Below, one piece after another: positions 47,233 through 58,319 of a DNA stretch of 64,000 nt. A model generated the notes under the pieces. That model was not told the origin of the DNA. It was given only the letters and a program-made list of their open reading frames with translations, and did not search any database. How positions within the stretch are numbered: the stretch's first letter is position 1; the number at the start of each line of letters is the position of its first letter. The stretch is from positions 124,001 to 188,000 of the forward strand of contig NW_013657648.1 of assembly GCF_000142905.1 (NCBI RefSeq). Reading direction: 5' to 3'. The DNA is from Thecamonas trahens ATCC 50062. Taxonomy: Eukaryota; Protista; Apusomonadida. Both the position numbers and the translations under genes were made by a program.

Positions 47233-50200
47233 ATGGATGCACCACCGCTGACCCGTGCACCGCGCGCCGCAACCCAGCCCGCTCGCTCTCTCGAGACTGC
47301 GCTCGAGGACATGCGTGGCGAGGAGAAGGCGCCGCTCGAACCCGAGTCATCCGAGTCGGTCTTGGGTCGGGACGGCCTCGCCCCGGTCACCGAAGCTGAC
47401 CTGGCCAAGGCTCAGGGCGAGCTCGCACGGCACCAGGCCGAAGTAGCGCGGATGAAGGAGCTGGTTCGCCGAAAGCAGGCTACTGAGGACAAGATGCGTG
47501 CCGCACAGCTCGAGGCCGCCATTGCTGAGGCTGGCCGCCGCATGAACGGCGCGCAGGCCAAGCGCACGGACCTTGCCAAGGAAGTCGCTGCCCTGCAACG
47601 AGCCAAGGCCCAGCGCGAGCGCGAAGAGAACGTCATGGACTCTGCGCTGGAGGACAAGGAGCTAGAGAACCAGGCTGAGCTCATGGCCCTGCATCGGGTC
47701 CGACTCGAGGAGGTCCGAGCCGAGAAGGAGCGCATGGCCCGCGAGCTGCGAGTCCGACAGTATGCGCTCGAGTCAATCCAAGAGCTCAAGACCAACGACA
47801 CGCTGCTCTACGCTGGAACGATGAAGCAGCTGCTGGCCAAGGCCGACCTCCTTGCTGAGGAGCTCGAGAATCAGGCCGCTGGTGACGACCGGCTCGCGGC
47901 GTACGCCAAGGAGCTGGCCACAGAGCCCGAGGGTCGCGACGGCTTCCGGGTCATCGACGATGTGCTCGTCCAGCGCGCTGCTGCGCGGTCGCGCAAGGCT
48001 CGCTCCACGGTGGCAAGCACCAAGAAGCTTAACGCAGAGCGGGCCGCGCTGCTGGAGAAGCGAAAGGCACTGATGGCATCCAAGGCTGAGCACAACGCCA
48101 TTGTCTCCAAGGGTCTCGATTTTCTGGTCGAGATGGAGCTGGGCAACGCTCCGCCACGCGAGTTTATCCTCTCAAACATGGAGCTCTCCGAAGCCGACTT
48201 TGGCGAGCCGCTCCGCCCTGGCTCGCGCCGCGGCCGACGCGGGCCGGGCGAACCACTTGCCGATGCCGAAGTTGACGAAGAGGTGACGGCTACCGTCCGC
48301 CGCGTTGCCGAGCGCATCGATGCGGACGTGCAGCGGCTCGAGGCGCTCAAGGCAGACCATGCCTTGCTGCAGGCGGCGGCCACGCCGTGGACCTACTCGG
48401 GCGAGTGGGCCAAGGAAACGCTGCCGCCAGCATCGCAGCCACTTTTTGACGCTCTGGTCCCGATTGTGAACGCCATCGTGAACTCGGCACTCGCGGCGTC
48501 GGCTGCCAATGCCCTTCCAGACATCGAGGTCCTCCGCGCAGAGCAGGCCAAGTGGCAGGAAGAGCAGGCTGCGCTCCTCGACCAGATGGTGGCCGAGGCC
48601 GAGGCCAATCGCGCACACAAGATTCTTGCCGACCTCATCACCGAAGTCGTTCACGAGCTCGCACTGGATCTATGGCACGAGATGATGGCCATCGATGGCC
48701 TTGCCGACTCCCTCTCTTCGGGCCTCATTGTCTCGGTCCTCGTCTCGCGCTTTGGCTCCTCGCAGCACGCGACCATGATCCGAGAGTCGCTGCAGGAGAT
48801 CCAGCGAGCCAAGCTCAAGGCGAGGCCAACAACGTTTGTGCACAGGCTTAAGTTGCGTCCACGCGACGATGCGCGTGCAGCTGTCCGGGCAGCCGACGGT
48901 GCCTCGACGACCGCTGCCGCCGCTGCGCTCGCTGCTGCCGACTCGGACTCGGATTTCGAGTCGGAGTTTGCCGACGATCTCGACGTCCTCGACCTGGCCT
49001 CCATCCCTGTGGTACAGGTCCTTGCAGCGTACGCCGAGGCTGAGGCGTCGTACTGGTCGTTTGTTGACTTGCTCCCTGCCAACTTTGACGTGGCGTCGGG
49101 CGGCGTGACGTGCTCGGCCTTTGCGCCGTCGGGCTCGCATCTTGCACTTGCGCTCTCGACCGGTACGCTCCGCGTGGTCAATATGGACGAGGCGGGTAGC
49201 CCGATGCTGCTGCGTGAGTCCAAGTCTTCCTTTGCGCCGCCGGTCTCGCACATGGCGTGGTCGGCCGACGGTTCGCGGCTGCTGGTACTCGATGCGCGCT
49301 TCAATCTCAAGATCTTCTCTATGCATCCGGATCCTGTGGCGGTAGCCGAGTCGTCCTCGGCCCGCACCGCACTGCGGACCAAAGACGGCGAGTTTGCTCT
49401 CCCACCGCTCACGCTCGTCGCAGCGCTACGTAAGAACCAGTTTGGCATCAGGGGCATGACCGTGCTGGACACGACCGATGGCGACGGTAACCTTGCAGAG
49501 GCCGAGGTACTGCACGCGGCAGCGGGCAGTGGGACGGCCAAAGCCAAAGCCAAGGCCAAGCGCAAGAAGCGCAAGGGCGAAGCTGGCGATGGCCCAGGCG
49601 GGGCGGCCAGTGTCGCGAGCGGTAGCAAGCGGTTGCTCCCTGTCGCTGCGGCTGGCATCCGCGGTTCACCGTGCTCGGGACACAGCCGTCTGTGGTGGTA
49701 GCGCTCGCCTCCGGCGACATCCTGGTGGCTTCGTCGCCGCTGGCGGCGTCGGTGGTCTACCTCCCCCTAGTTGCGTCGCGACGAATGCTGCCGCTTGCAG
49801 GCCGGCTCAAGGCCGAGCTGTTTAAGGGTCACAGCTCGCCGCCGGTGGCAGTGGTCTTTCCATCGGTCGGCCCGACCATGATCTCGATCGACGTCTCAGG
49901 CGTGCTGCACTTGTGGGACTACGCAGTGACGCAGCTCTCGGGCTTTGGCTGGTACACTCCTTCGCACTCGGTCAGGCTTGATCTTGTGGACGCGTCGTGG
50001 GCGCCTGCATCGTCGGCGCCGCCTCCGGTAGTCCACTTTGCCACCGAGTATGCGCTTGCACACGATGACTCGCTCCGCGTACCCGATCTCGACCGGTCGT
50101 CGATGCACGAGTCGATGCCGCAGGCGCTGGCGGAGCTGGCGGAGCTCGGCCTCGCCGATGAGCCGTGGCACTCTGCGCCGGGCTCGGGCGGGCTCACTCA

Positions 50201-51053
50201 CCATGTCTACCGGCCGCGCGTGCTCCCCAGTCGTGTTGCCGTCTTTCACACTCTCACGTTTACCGACGGTAGCGTTCTCGTGGCGCACCGGTCACAGCTC
50301 TACGCCGTCTCGCACAACCGCGGAGTGGTGCTCGACGCGCAGCTGACAGCTGCGCGCAACCAGCTCATTGTGCTTGTGCACATGCCGGCGCTCCTGCCGA
50401 ATCCCGGGCGGGTCTTGTTTGTGATCTACGACCTGGCATCGGGCTCTCTCACGGCGCCGCTCATCACCCACGACCTCGGGTCGGAGCACCTCGCGCACGG
50501 CTCGTTTGTGGTGAGCCCAGTGCTTGACGTCACCGGTGCCGACTATGTTTACGCACTCCTCAACAACGCGGTCCACGTGTTCAGCCTGGCGACTGGGCTC
50601 GCGGTCCGCGACCCGGTCCAGGTCTTTCCGCGCAACGACATGCGGCAGCTGTCGTCGATCTCGGTTTCGGCCGACGGCACGCTCCTCACAGTGGCGTGTC
50701 CGACAGTCTCGACGCTGCTTGTTCTCCATGTCGAGGACAAGAACGGGCCAGGCGACCGGGCGGCGTTGGCGCGGACGGCGCCTGCGGTCCGGCGCAACCT
50801 GTGCCCGCCCGAGGCCCGCATCCGCAAGCACGTGTGGACGTTTTCTGCTGGTCCCGGCCAACCGGCGACGCCGCATGCGAACGCGCGCCGGGTCATTGCC
50901 TCGTGGGTGCAGGAGATGGTTGAGGCGGCGTGCGCGAGTGGCGGGGAGCGGCGTAGCGTGGCGCGTGAGCGGAGCGGCCGGCGGCGGCTGCGGCGGACCC
51001 GCACGTCGTCGTCGCGGACGGCGGGAGTGTCTAGCCCTGCAGCGAAGCCTTGA
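47233..51053 (+). CDS. Coiled-coil plus WD40 repeat protein (unknown); -1 frameshift near 49650
   Basis: N-terminal coiled coil. WD repeats VTCSAFAPSGSHLALALSTGTLRV and VSHMAWSADGSRLLVLD; then in the -1 frame WHPRFTVLG, FKGHSSPPVAV...GVLHLWDY and LSSISVSADGTLLTV. The 3' end may instead be TAG 50954-50956. Confidence 0.7.
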
Positions 51054-52905
51054 TGGCCTGCATCCGCTCGATGTCCTCGGACGAGAGACCAGCCTGCGCA
51101 AAGTGGCGCTCGTCGAGTACCTGCTCTGAAGCAGCTTCATCGTCCGACTCGGTCCACACGTCGTCGCCCGGCGCGCCGAGCCCGCCACCCATCACCACGT
51201 ACTGCAGCATGGGGTCGGCCGGGATGACCGGAATGAGCAGCGACTCGTCGGGAAGGATAGACGCGCGGAGGACGTCAGGAGCGAGGAGCGGGACCGAGGC
51301 AGCGCAGCCCGAGGCGCTCGCGTGGGCATCAAACGAGCCGTTGGGCAGCGAGACGGCGCAGAACGGGCAGCGGCCGGCGGCCACCTGCCGCCGCACGTGG
51401 TTGACCATCTGCAGTCGCTGGTAAACGTCGGGAACGAGGCCGACCAGGCTGCCAAACTCGATGCCGTGGCCGTGGGCAAGGTGCTCGCAAGCCCCAACCG
51501 CGGTGGCGCACACCTTGTCACAGAGGAGGCACTTGGTCCGGGCATCGGCGGCAAGAGTGGGGTCAAAGTCGCCGTCGTCGTCGTCAAAGGTCTCCAGCTC
51601 GGCGTTGAGCGCGTCGTCGTCCGAGTCGGCGGCAGCGGCGAGAGCGGCCCCGTCGGACGAGCCGGCGGCGTCGCCGGTGAGCGCCATGGCAATGGCGCCG
51701 TAGTTGGCGGTGGAGAGCGCCTTGGACTCGGCAATGACGATGGCCTCGGCGGCGGTTGCCGAGTCCGGGCCGAGGACGAGGATGAGCCGTGAGATGAGCG
51801 GGTCGTCTTCCAGCACCGGCGTCAGGTTGGCCTCGGCATCAAAGAACCGGGTGCCGTGGGAGGCGACCTGGTCGAGGATCTGGGCCGGGCACGCCGAGTA
51901 CCGCTCGCGGTGGCTGCGGATGTGGTTGACGAGCTTGATGGCCATGTAGACCGACCAGTCGTGGTCGGCGATGGCAGCGAGGAGGTCGACGCCGTGGACA
52001 TCGGCCATGTGGGCAAAGGCCGCGGCCGAATCGAGCTTGGTCGTCTCGCAGAAGAGGCACAGATCGCCAGGCTGGGCGTCGTAAACCTGGTCAGGCGCGT
52101 CGGCAGCAGCATCGGCAGCATTGACGTCGGGGGCGGCGGTGGTGGCGTCGTCGTCGTCGTCATCATCATCAGACGGCGACTTTGCCGCGTGCGGGGGAGC
52201 AGCCGGCGCCGATGCCGGAGGATCGGCCGGCGGCGGGCGGCAGACGCCGGCGTTGTCGATGAAGAACTTGTCGTACGCCGAGTTGGCCGGGTTGAGGGCC
52301 AGATGGCGCTTCTTGCGCATATGGTTGCGCAAGCCCTTGCGCGAGTCAAAGACGCGCTCGCAGCGGAGGCAGGTGAGCTCGTCGTTGACGGCGGCGGCGA
52401 GGCGGGCCATGAGTTCCGGGAGGAAGACCAGGCTCTGACGCGGGCCGAGGCGCAGGCCGTGGACCGAGTCAAGGTGATCGAGGACAGCGGGCCACGAGGA
52501 CATGTCGGCGCTGGTGGCGTTGCAGAGGAAGCAGCCGGCAAAGGGCGAGTCGGGCGCGGTGAGGTCCATGGCGTCCTCAGCCTGTTGCACATCGGCAAGA
52601 GTAGCCAGGGCCCTGTCACGGAGCGCGGCGCGGAGCGCAGCATCGTGTGGAGCCTTGGGCGCAAGGAGGTAGTAGCGGGCATCGGCATCGGCAGCCGTGG
52701 CGAGAACAAAGGCATGCGCCCGCAACGAGTCCTCCAGCGGAGCCTCGGCAAGGAGGGCCTTGTAATGAGCGAGGTACGACGGAAGGGCCGGAATGGTACG
52801 GATGGCGGCAACAGCAAGCGAGTGCTCAGCCATCATGTGCAAGGTCAGGGCAGGAATGTCCGCGCTCTCCACGGAGCAGGCCACACACGGAAGCATGGTC
52901 GCCAT
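51031..52905 (-). CDS. ZNF277: Zinc finger protein 277 homolog
   Basis: HMMAEHSL...LPSYLAHY; YYLL...D..LR..L; CFLC...HLDSVHGLRLG...LVF; CLRCERVF...LRNHMRKKRH...NPANSAYDKFFIDN; CLFC...HMADVHGVDL...YMAIKLVNHIR. Order and motifs as in ZNF277. Confidence 0.88.
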   Translation of the reverse strand: MATMLPCVACSVESADIPALTLHMMAEHSLAVAAIRTIPALPSYLAHYKALLAEAPLEDSLRAHAFVLATAADADARYYLLAPKAPHDAALRAALRDRALATLADVQQAEDAMDLTAPDSPFAGCFLCNATSADMSSWPAVLDHLDSVHGLRLGPRQSLVFLPELMARLAAAVNDELTCLRCERVFDSRKGLRNHMRKKRHLALNPANSAYDKFFIDNAGVCRPPPADPPASAPAAPPHAAKSPSDDDDDDDDATTAAPDVNAADAAADAPDQVYDAQPGDLCLFCETTKLDSAAAFAHMADVHGVDLLAAIADHDWSVYMAIKLVNHIRSHRERYSACPAQILDQVASHGTRFFDAEANLTPVLEDDPLISRLILVLGPDSATAAEAIVIAESKALSTANYGAIAMALTGDAAGSSDGAALAAAADSDDDALNAELETFDDDDGDFDPTLAADARTKCLLCDKVCATAVGACEHLAHGHGIEFGSLVGLVPDVYQRLQMVNHVRRQVAAGRCPFCAVSLPNGSFDAHASASGCAASVPLLAPDVLRASILPDESLLIPVIPADPMLQYVVMGGGLGAPGDDVWTESDDEAASEQVLDERHFAQAGLSSEDIERMQAIKASLQG

Positions 52906-53917
52906 GGCGAGGGTGAGGTGTGAGACGTGTGGGGAAGGAGGAGAGGAGGAGAGGAGGAGGGATGGGGGGATGGGTGGGGGGGANNNNNNNNNNNNNNNNN
53001 NNNNNNNNNNNNNNNNNNNNNNNNNNNNNNNNNNNNNNNNNNNNNNNNNNNNNNNNNNNNNNNNNNNNNNNNNNNNNNNNNNNNNNNNNNNNNNNNNNNN
53101 NNNNNNNNNNNNNNNNNNNNNNNNNNNNNNNNNNNNNNNNNNNNNNNNNNNNNNNNNNNNNNNNNNNNNNNNNNNNNNNNNNNNNNNNNNNNNNNNNNNN
53201 NNNNNNNNNNNNNNNNNNNNNNNNNNNNNNNNNNNNNNNNNNNNNNNNNNNNNNNNNNNNNNNNNNNNNNNNNNNNNNNNNNNNNNNNNNNNNNNNNNNN
53301 NNNNNNNNNNNNNNNNNNNNNNNNNNNNNNNNNNNNNNNNNNNNNNNNNNNNNNNNNNNNNNNNNNNNNNNNNNNNNNNNNNNNNNNNNNNNNNNNNNNN
53401 NNNNNNNNNNNNNNNNNNNNNNNNNNNNNNNNNNNNNNNNNNNNNNNNNNNNNNNNNNNNNNNNNNNNNNNNNNNNNNNNNNNNNNNNNNNNNNNNNNNN
53501 NNNNNNNNNNNNNNNNNNNNNNNNNNNNNNNNNNNNNNNNNNNNNNNNNNNNNNNNNNNNNNNNNNNNNNNNNNNNNNNNNNNNNNNNNNNNNNNNNNNN
53601 NNNNNNNNNNNNNNNNNNNNNNNNNNNNNNNNNNNNNNNNNNNNNNNNNNNNNNNNNNNNNNNNNNNNNNNNNNNNNNNNNNNNNNNNNNNNNNNNNNNN
53701 NNNNNNNNNNNNNNNNNNNNNNNNNNNNNNNNNNNNNNNNNNNNNNNNNNNNNNNNNNNNNNNNNNNNNNNNNNNNNNNNNNNNNNNNNNNNNNNNNNNN
53801 NNNNNNNNNNNNNNNNNNNNNNNNNNNNNNNNNNNNNNNNNNNNNNNNNNNNNNNNNNNNNNNNNNNNNNNNNNNNNNNNNNNNNNNNNNNNNNNNNNNN
53901 NNNNNNNNNNNNNNNNN

Positions 53918-54007
53918 GGCGGCGGAAGCCGGGGTGGTGGCCGCGGCCGCGGTCGCGGTGGCAGCAGCAGTGGCGAGCGCCCGACCAAGCGCTTCCGTCG
54001 CAAGTAA
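53918..54007 (+). CDS. 3' end of a gene hidden in the gap; RGG-rich basic C-terminus
   Basis: Immediately after the gap the + strand reads GGGSRGGGRGRGRGGSSSGERPTKRFRRK-TAA(54005-54007). Confidence 0.5.
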   Translation, partial: GGGSRGGGRGRGRGGSSSGERPTKRFRRK

Positions 54008-54370
54008 CAGACCTGTCCTCGTCACTCGCATCATTGCGGCAGAGTTGATGTGTGGTCTCTTGGTCCAATCCACCGCTCTGATGTGGCAGTAGCAGAGTGT
54101 GTGCGCGAGCTGGGTGAGAGCAATGCAGCCACCAGCTACCGGTGCATGCTATGGGTACCCGGTAGTTGCCTTCGCTGCTCTCTGCTCAGCTCGCGCACAC
54201 CTCGAGCACACCTCAGCTCACGCACCGATTTTTTCGTTTTGCGAAGCACGTTGACTCCTGCAAGCTTTTCCGCGTGCGCATGCGCAGGCTCTCCCCCTCC
54301 CCCCCTCCCCCCCCCCCCCTCCGCTCTTCCCCCTCTCCGCCCCTCTCCACACACACTCCACTCGCTCACC

Positions 54371-57300
54371 ATGGCTGTATCTGGAAGTGGTTCGGGCTCG
54401 GGCTCGTCGTACTCGGACGAGGGCCGGTCGCAGCAGGAACCGCTGGCGCCATGGGTGCCCAAGCAGCGGCGGGCCTTCCTCGGCTGGTTCAACGCGAAGC
54501 TGGCCGGCGCCGGCTCGCCGCTGGCCGGCTCGGTCACCACTCTCCGGGCGCTCTCCGACGGCGTGGCACTCGGCGCTCTCGTCCCGCATCTGGTCGCTGG
54601 CCGGGTCTCAGTCGGCCGCATCGCTCCGCACCCGCGGCTCAAGATCCAGAAGATGGCCAACATCTCGGCCGCCCTCGACGCCCTCGACGCCGACGGCGTG
54701 CCGGTCACTGCCGCTGCAAGCGATGTCTACGCTGGCAATGTCAAGATGGTGCTGGGCCTGCTGTGGGTCATGATCCTCAAGTACCACATCAAGTCAACCG
54801 CAGACGCCGCCGCTGCAGACGGCTCGGACGCCGTAGATACCGACGACGGGTCCGACGGCGCCGCCGCGCCCGGGAGCCGCGTCTTGCGCTCTGGCAAGTC
54901 GGCCAAGGCCGATCTGCTGGCCTGGGTCCGGGCTCAGGTTTCCGCTGTCGACCCGGAGCTGGACGTCGCTGACTTTGGCCCAGCCTTTCAGGACGGCCGC
55001 GTCCTCGCCGCCCTCACCGCCCGCTTTGCACCCGACGCCACCACTTACGCAGAGCTGGTCGGTGACAGCTCTAGCCCGATGGCCATCGTCGAGGCCGTCC
55101 TCCGCATCGCACACACCCAGCTCGGCATTCCCGAGCTCATCGAAGCCGCCGACGTCGTCGAGGACCCGGACCCGTTTTCCATCATGACATACGTCACCTA
55201 CTTTCGCGGCGCAGAGGCCGCCCTCCGCAAGGGCAAGCTCGCCCACTCGGCCGACGAGTTTGCAGCCCTCGAAACTCGAGTTGCCTCGCTCGAGACCGAG
55301 CTCGAGGCCGAGACCTCGCGCGCCCGCAGACTTGCCCATGAGGTCCAGGCCTCCCATCTGACCGCCACCGCCGCCGCCGACGCCCACGCCAAGCTGCAGG
55401 AGAGCAAGGCGAGCTTGCAGCATGCGCTGACAAGTACCAAGGCCGAGGCCGCCGCCCTGGCTGCCTCCAAGGCCAGGCTCGAGGCTCGGCTGGAAGTCGC
55501 CGAGCATAAGGCTGCGCTTCTCCCGGTCCTCTGCTCCGCCCTCGACATCGATCCGGGCGTACTGGGCGACGGCCTTGCGGCGCTGCCCGACGCTGAGGCC
55601 GACAGTAAGCTGGACGCTGCCAAGACCGCCCTGGCTGCATGGCAGGCGTCGACGCCGTCGGCTGCCGTCTCGTCACTCGCTGCTGGAGACGCTGCCGACG
55701 AGACCGGCGACGAGGTGAGCGGTGGCCGTCGCGGCCGGACTCGAACTCGGACCCTCTCGCTCTCGCACCCGTACCAGAACGCCGCGCGATCGGTCGCCGC
55801 CGCGGTCGGCTCGGTGCTGGAAAAAAGACTGCCATTGCGGCGGCAGCTGACAAGGGCGTGGGCATGGGCTCGATGCTCGCCATTGCCGACCGCATCAAGG
55901 CCTCAGCGGTCGCCGCGCGTCGGGCCGGGAGCCGTGAGCTGCCGGCCGCGCCTGGTGAACTGGTCATCGACCTCCATGCCCGCGAGCGCGAGCTGCTGCA
56001 GACGCTGTTGGCAACCGGGCGGATCGAGCTTGCACCGACCGACGACCTCACCGCCATCACAGGCCTCGACGAGGCCGGCAACCGAGCTGGTCCGTGCTGC
56101 ATGTATGAAACACTCATGCATCGCGTCCACGCTGAAGTTCGCGAGCTCCACGCCGAGTACGCCGCGCTGGCCAAATGGTCGACGGCACAGGTGGCCAAGC
56201 TCGGGACGTCGGCCACCGCGCTGGCGGCCGACGGCATGAACGACCTCGCCGATCAGGTCGCGTACTGGCGGGCCGCTGCCGCCGATGCTAACGCCGCACT
56301 GCGTCTGGAGCAAGCGCGCACTCTCCGCGCCGCCCAGCTATTCAACGGCATGGAGGCGTTCAAGGAGAATCTGCAGCTCCGGCTGTCGTCGACCGAGAGC
56401 TCGATGGATCTCCTCCGCAAGGCGACGGACCTCAACGCATCGGCGTCGGGCGGCATGCTTGGGACCAAGCCCGCTCCAGCTACCACCGTCTCGGCCGTCC
56501 TCAACACCCGCAAGGTCAAGAACCGACGGACCGCCGCCGAGCAAGCGCTAGCCGATGAGGTCTCGCAGCTGACCGGCTCACGCCGCGGCGCATACTTCAA
56601 GTACGGCTATCTGCTAAAGCGCGAGAAGCGGCGCAAGACATGGACCAAGCTCTGGCTCACGCTCACTCCGTTCCATCTCGAGTATCGGAACAACAAGAAC
56701 GACCAAGAGCCACGCGGCCGCATCGCCCTTGAAGGCTGCGTCGTTAATGAGGTCTCCGGCTCGCAAGCCTCCACCATCGGCATCCCCAACACTGCCATCC
56801 CGGCCTTTTGCATCCACCTACGCATGCAGAACCGCAAGGACTACTACTTTCTGGCCGAGTCGCTCGACGAGGTCGCCGAGTGGAAGAATGGGCTTTCGGT
56901 CAACATTGCCGTCAACGAGTCGCTCAAGACCATGGTGGCCAACGCGCGCTCCTGCGACGATTCGCGCATTCTGGAAGCCTTTCGCAGCAAGACGTCGAAC
57001 TCCTCGCCCTAGACAACCGTCCGCTTGGCATGCGAGAGATGGTTGCCGTCCAGATTGCGCTCTCCATGGGCGACCACTTTTACCAGCTCCGCACTGTCTC
57101 GCTCCGCAACGCTTCGCTCGGACCCGATGAGATCGCCATCGCTGCCACCGCCCTCGGCGAAAAGTCGACCCTGCGCGTCCTTGATGTCTCAGGCAACCGC
57201 CTTGGTGACAAGGGCATCACCACTCTCTGCAATGCCCTTGGAAACTCGAGTCTGCAAGAGCTGGCGTGTGCCCGAAACGCGATCTCCGACGCTGGCATGG

Positions 57301-58304
57301 AGGCTCTCGCCCACCTCCTCACCTCCAACCCGTCGCTGCTCTGGCTCGACGCCTCGCACAACCTCATCTCGGACAATGGCATGATCGCTCTCTACACCGC
57401 TGCCTGCTCCGGCACAGACCTTGCTGGTGACAGCAACGCCGAGGCTGAGTCCGACAACGACAGCGAGCGCCATCTAGGTGCAGATGGCTCAGACTCGGGT
57501 GCTGCCGCTGGATCGGGTGATCTGGAGTTGGAGCTGAGCGACACCGAGCCATCTCCAACGCTACACAAGGGCAAGAAGAAGGGGAAGGGGAAGACCAAGG
57601 CCAAGACCAAAGCAAAGACGGCAGCGCCGGACGCAGGCCAGAGCTCGTCGCTTTCGTCGAGTGGCACGTTTGATGAGGAACAGGAAGAGACGGCGACTAC
57701 GAGCTCGTCCGGTTCGTCCAGCTCGGACTCGGGCTCGGACTCAGACTCAGGCTCGAGCCTGGGCTCCTCGACGTCAAGTACGAGCTCCGACTCTGACCCC
57801 GACTCGGCATCGGCGCCAAAGGGCGCGAGGGCGGGCGACTCAACGGCCGATGTGGTGGCGCTTGCACGCAAGACCAAGCCCAAGGCGCCACACGGCCCCC
57901 TGGTCCACCTCCTCAACCTTGCGCACAACCGCATCGGCGACCGTGGGGCTCAGGCGCTCGCGCAGCTCATCGCGCACAAGCGAGCGCGGCGGACGATTGC
58001 ACGGCTGGATCTGTGTGGCAACGCGATCGGAAGCATCGGCGCCGTCGCACTCGCGCTGCACGTGGCGCCAAACGAGCATCTGCTCACGCTCGACATCTCA
58101 CGCAATCCGATGGGCGCTGACGGTGCCGAGGCCATGCTCTCGCTCCTCGAGTCGAACCACACCCTGCAAGAGCTCGTCCTCGGAGCGCTGCCGGTTCCGG
58201 TGACCGAGTTTTGCCAGCGGCTGGAGCGTGTGGCGACCACAGCGCGGGTCACCTTCCCGGCGCTCACCGTTGTCCGAGGCGCGTACCAGCCGGCACAAGG
58301 TTAA
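54371..58304 (+). CDS. Actinin-type actin-binding domain (CH1-CH2), coiled coil, PH and RI-like LRR protein; two -1 frameshifts near 55821 and 56978
   Basis: CH1 WVPKQRRAFLGWFN...LSDGVAL...GNVKMVLGLLWVMILKYHI; CH2 DLLAWV...FQDGRVLAAL...LGIPELIEAAD...PDPFSIMTYVTYF; PH KYGYLLKREKRRKTWTKLWLTL...EWKNGL; LRRs LRVLDVSGNRLGDKG, LNLAHNRIGDRGAQALA, LDISRNPMGADGA. Confidence 0.8.
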
Positions 58305-58319
58305 CACTCGCACAGCGCA

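Noticed and set aside
55815-55830. GAAAAAAG as a canonical -1 slippery heptamer
   Set aside because: The zero-frame phasing (GAA AAA AGA) does not fit X XXY YYZ, and the other frameshift sites share no such motif.
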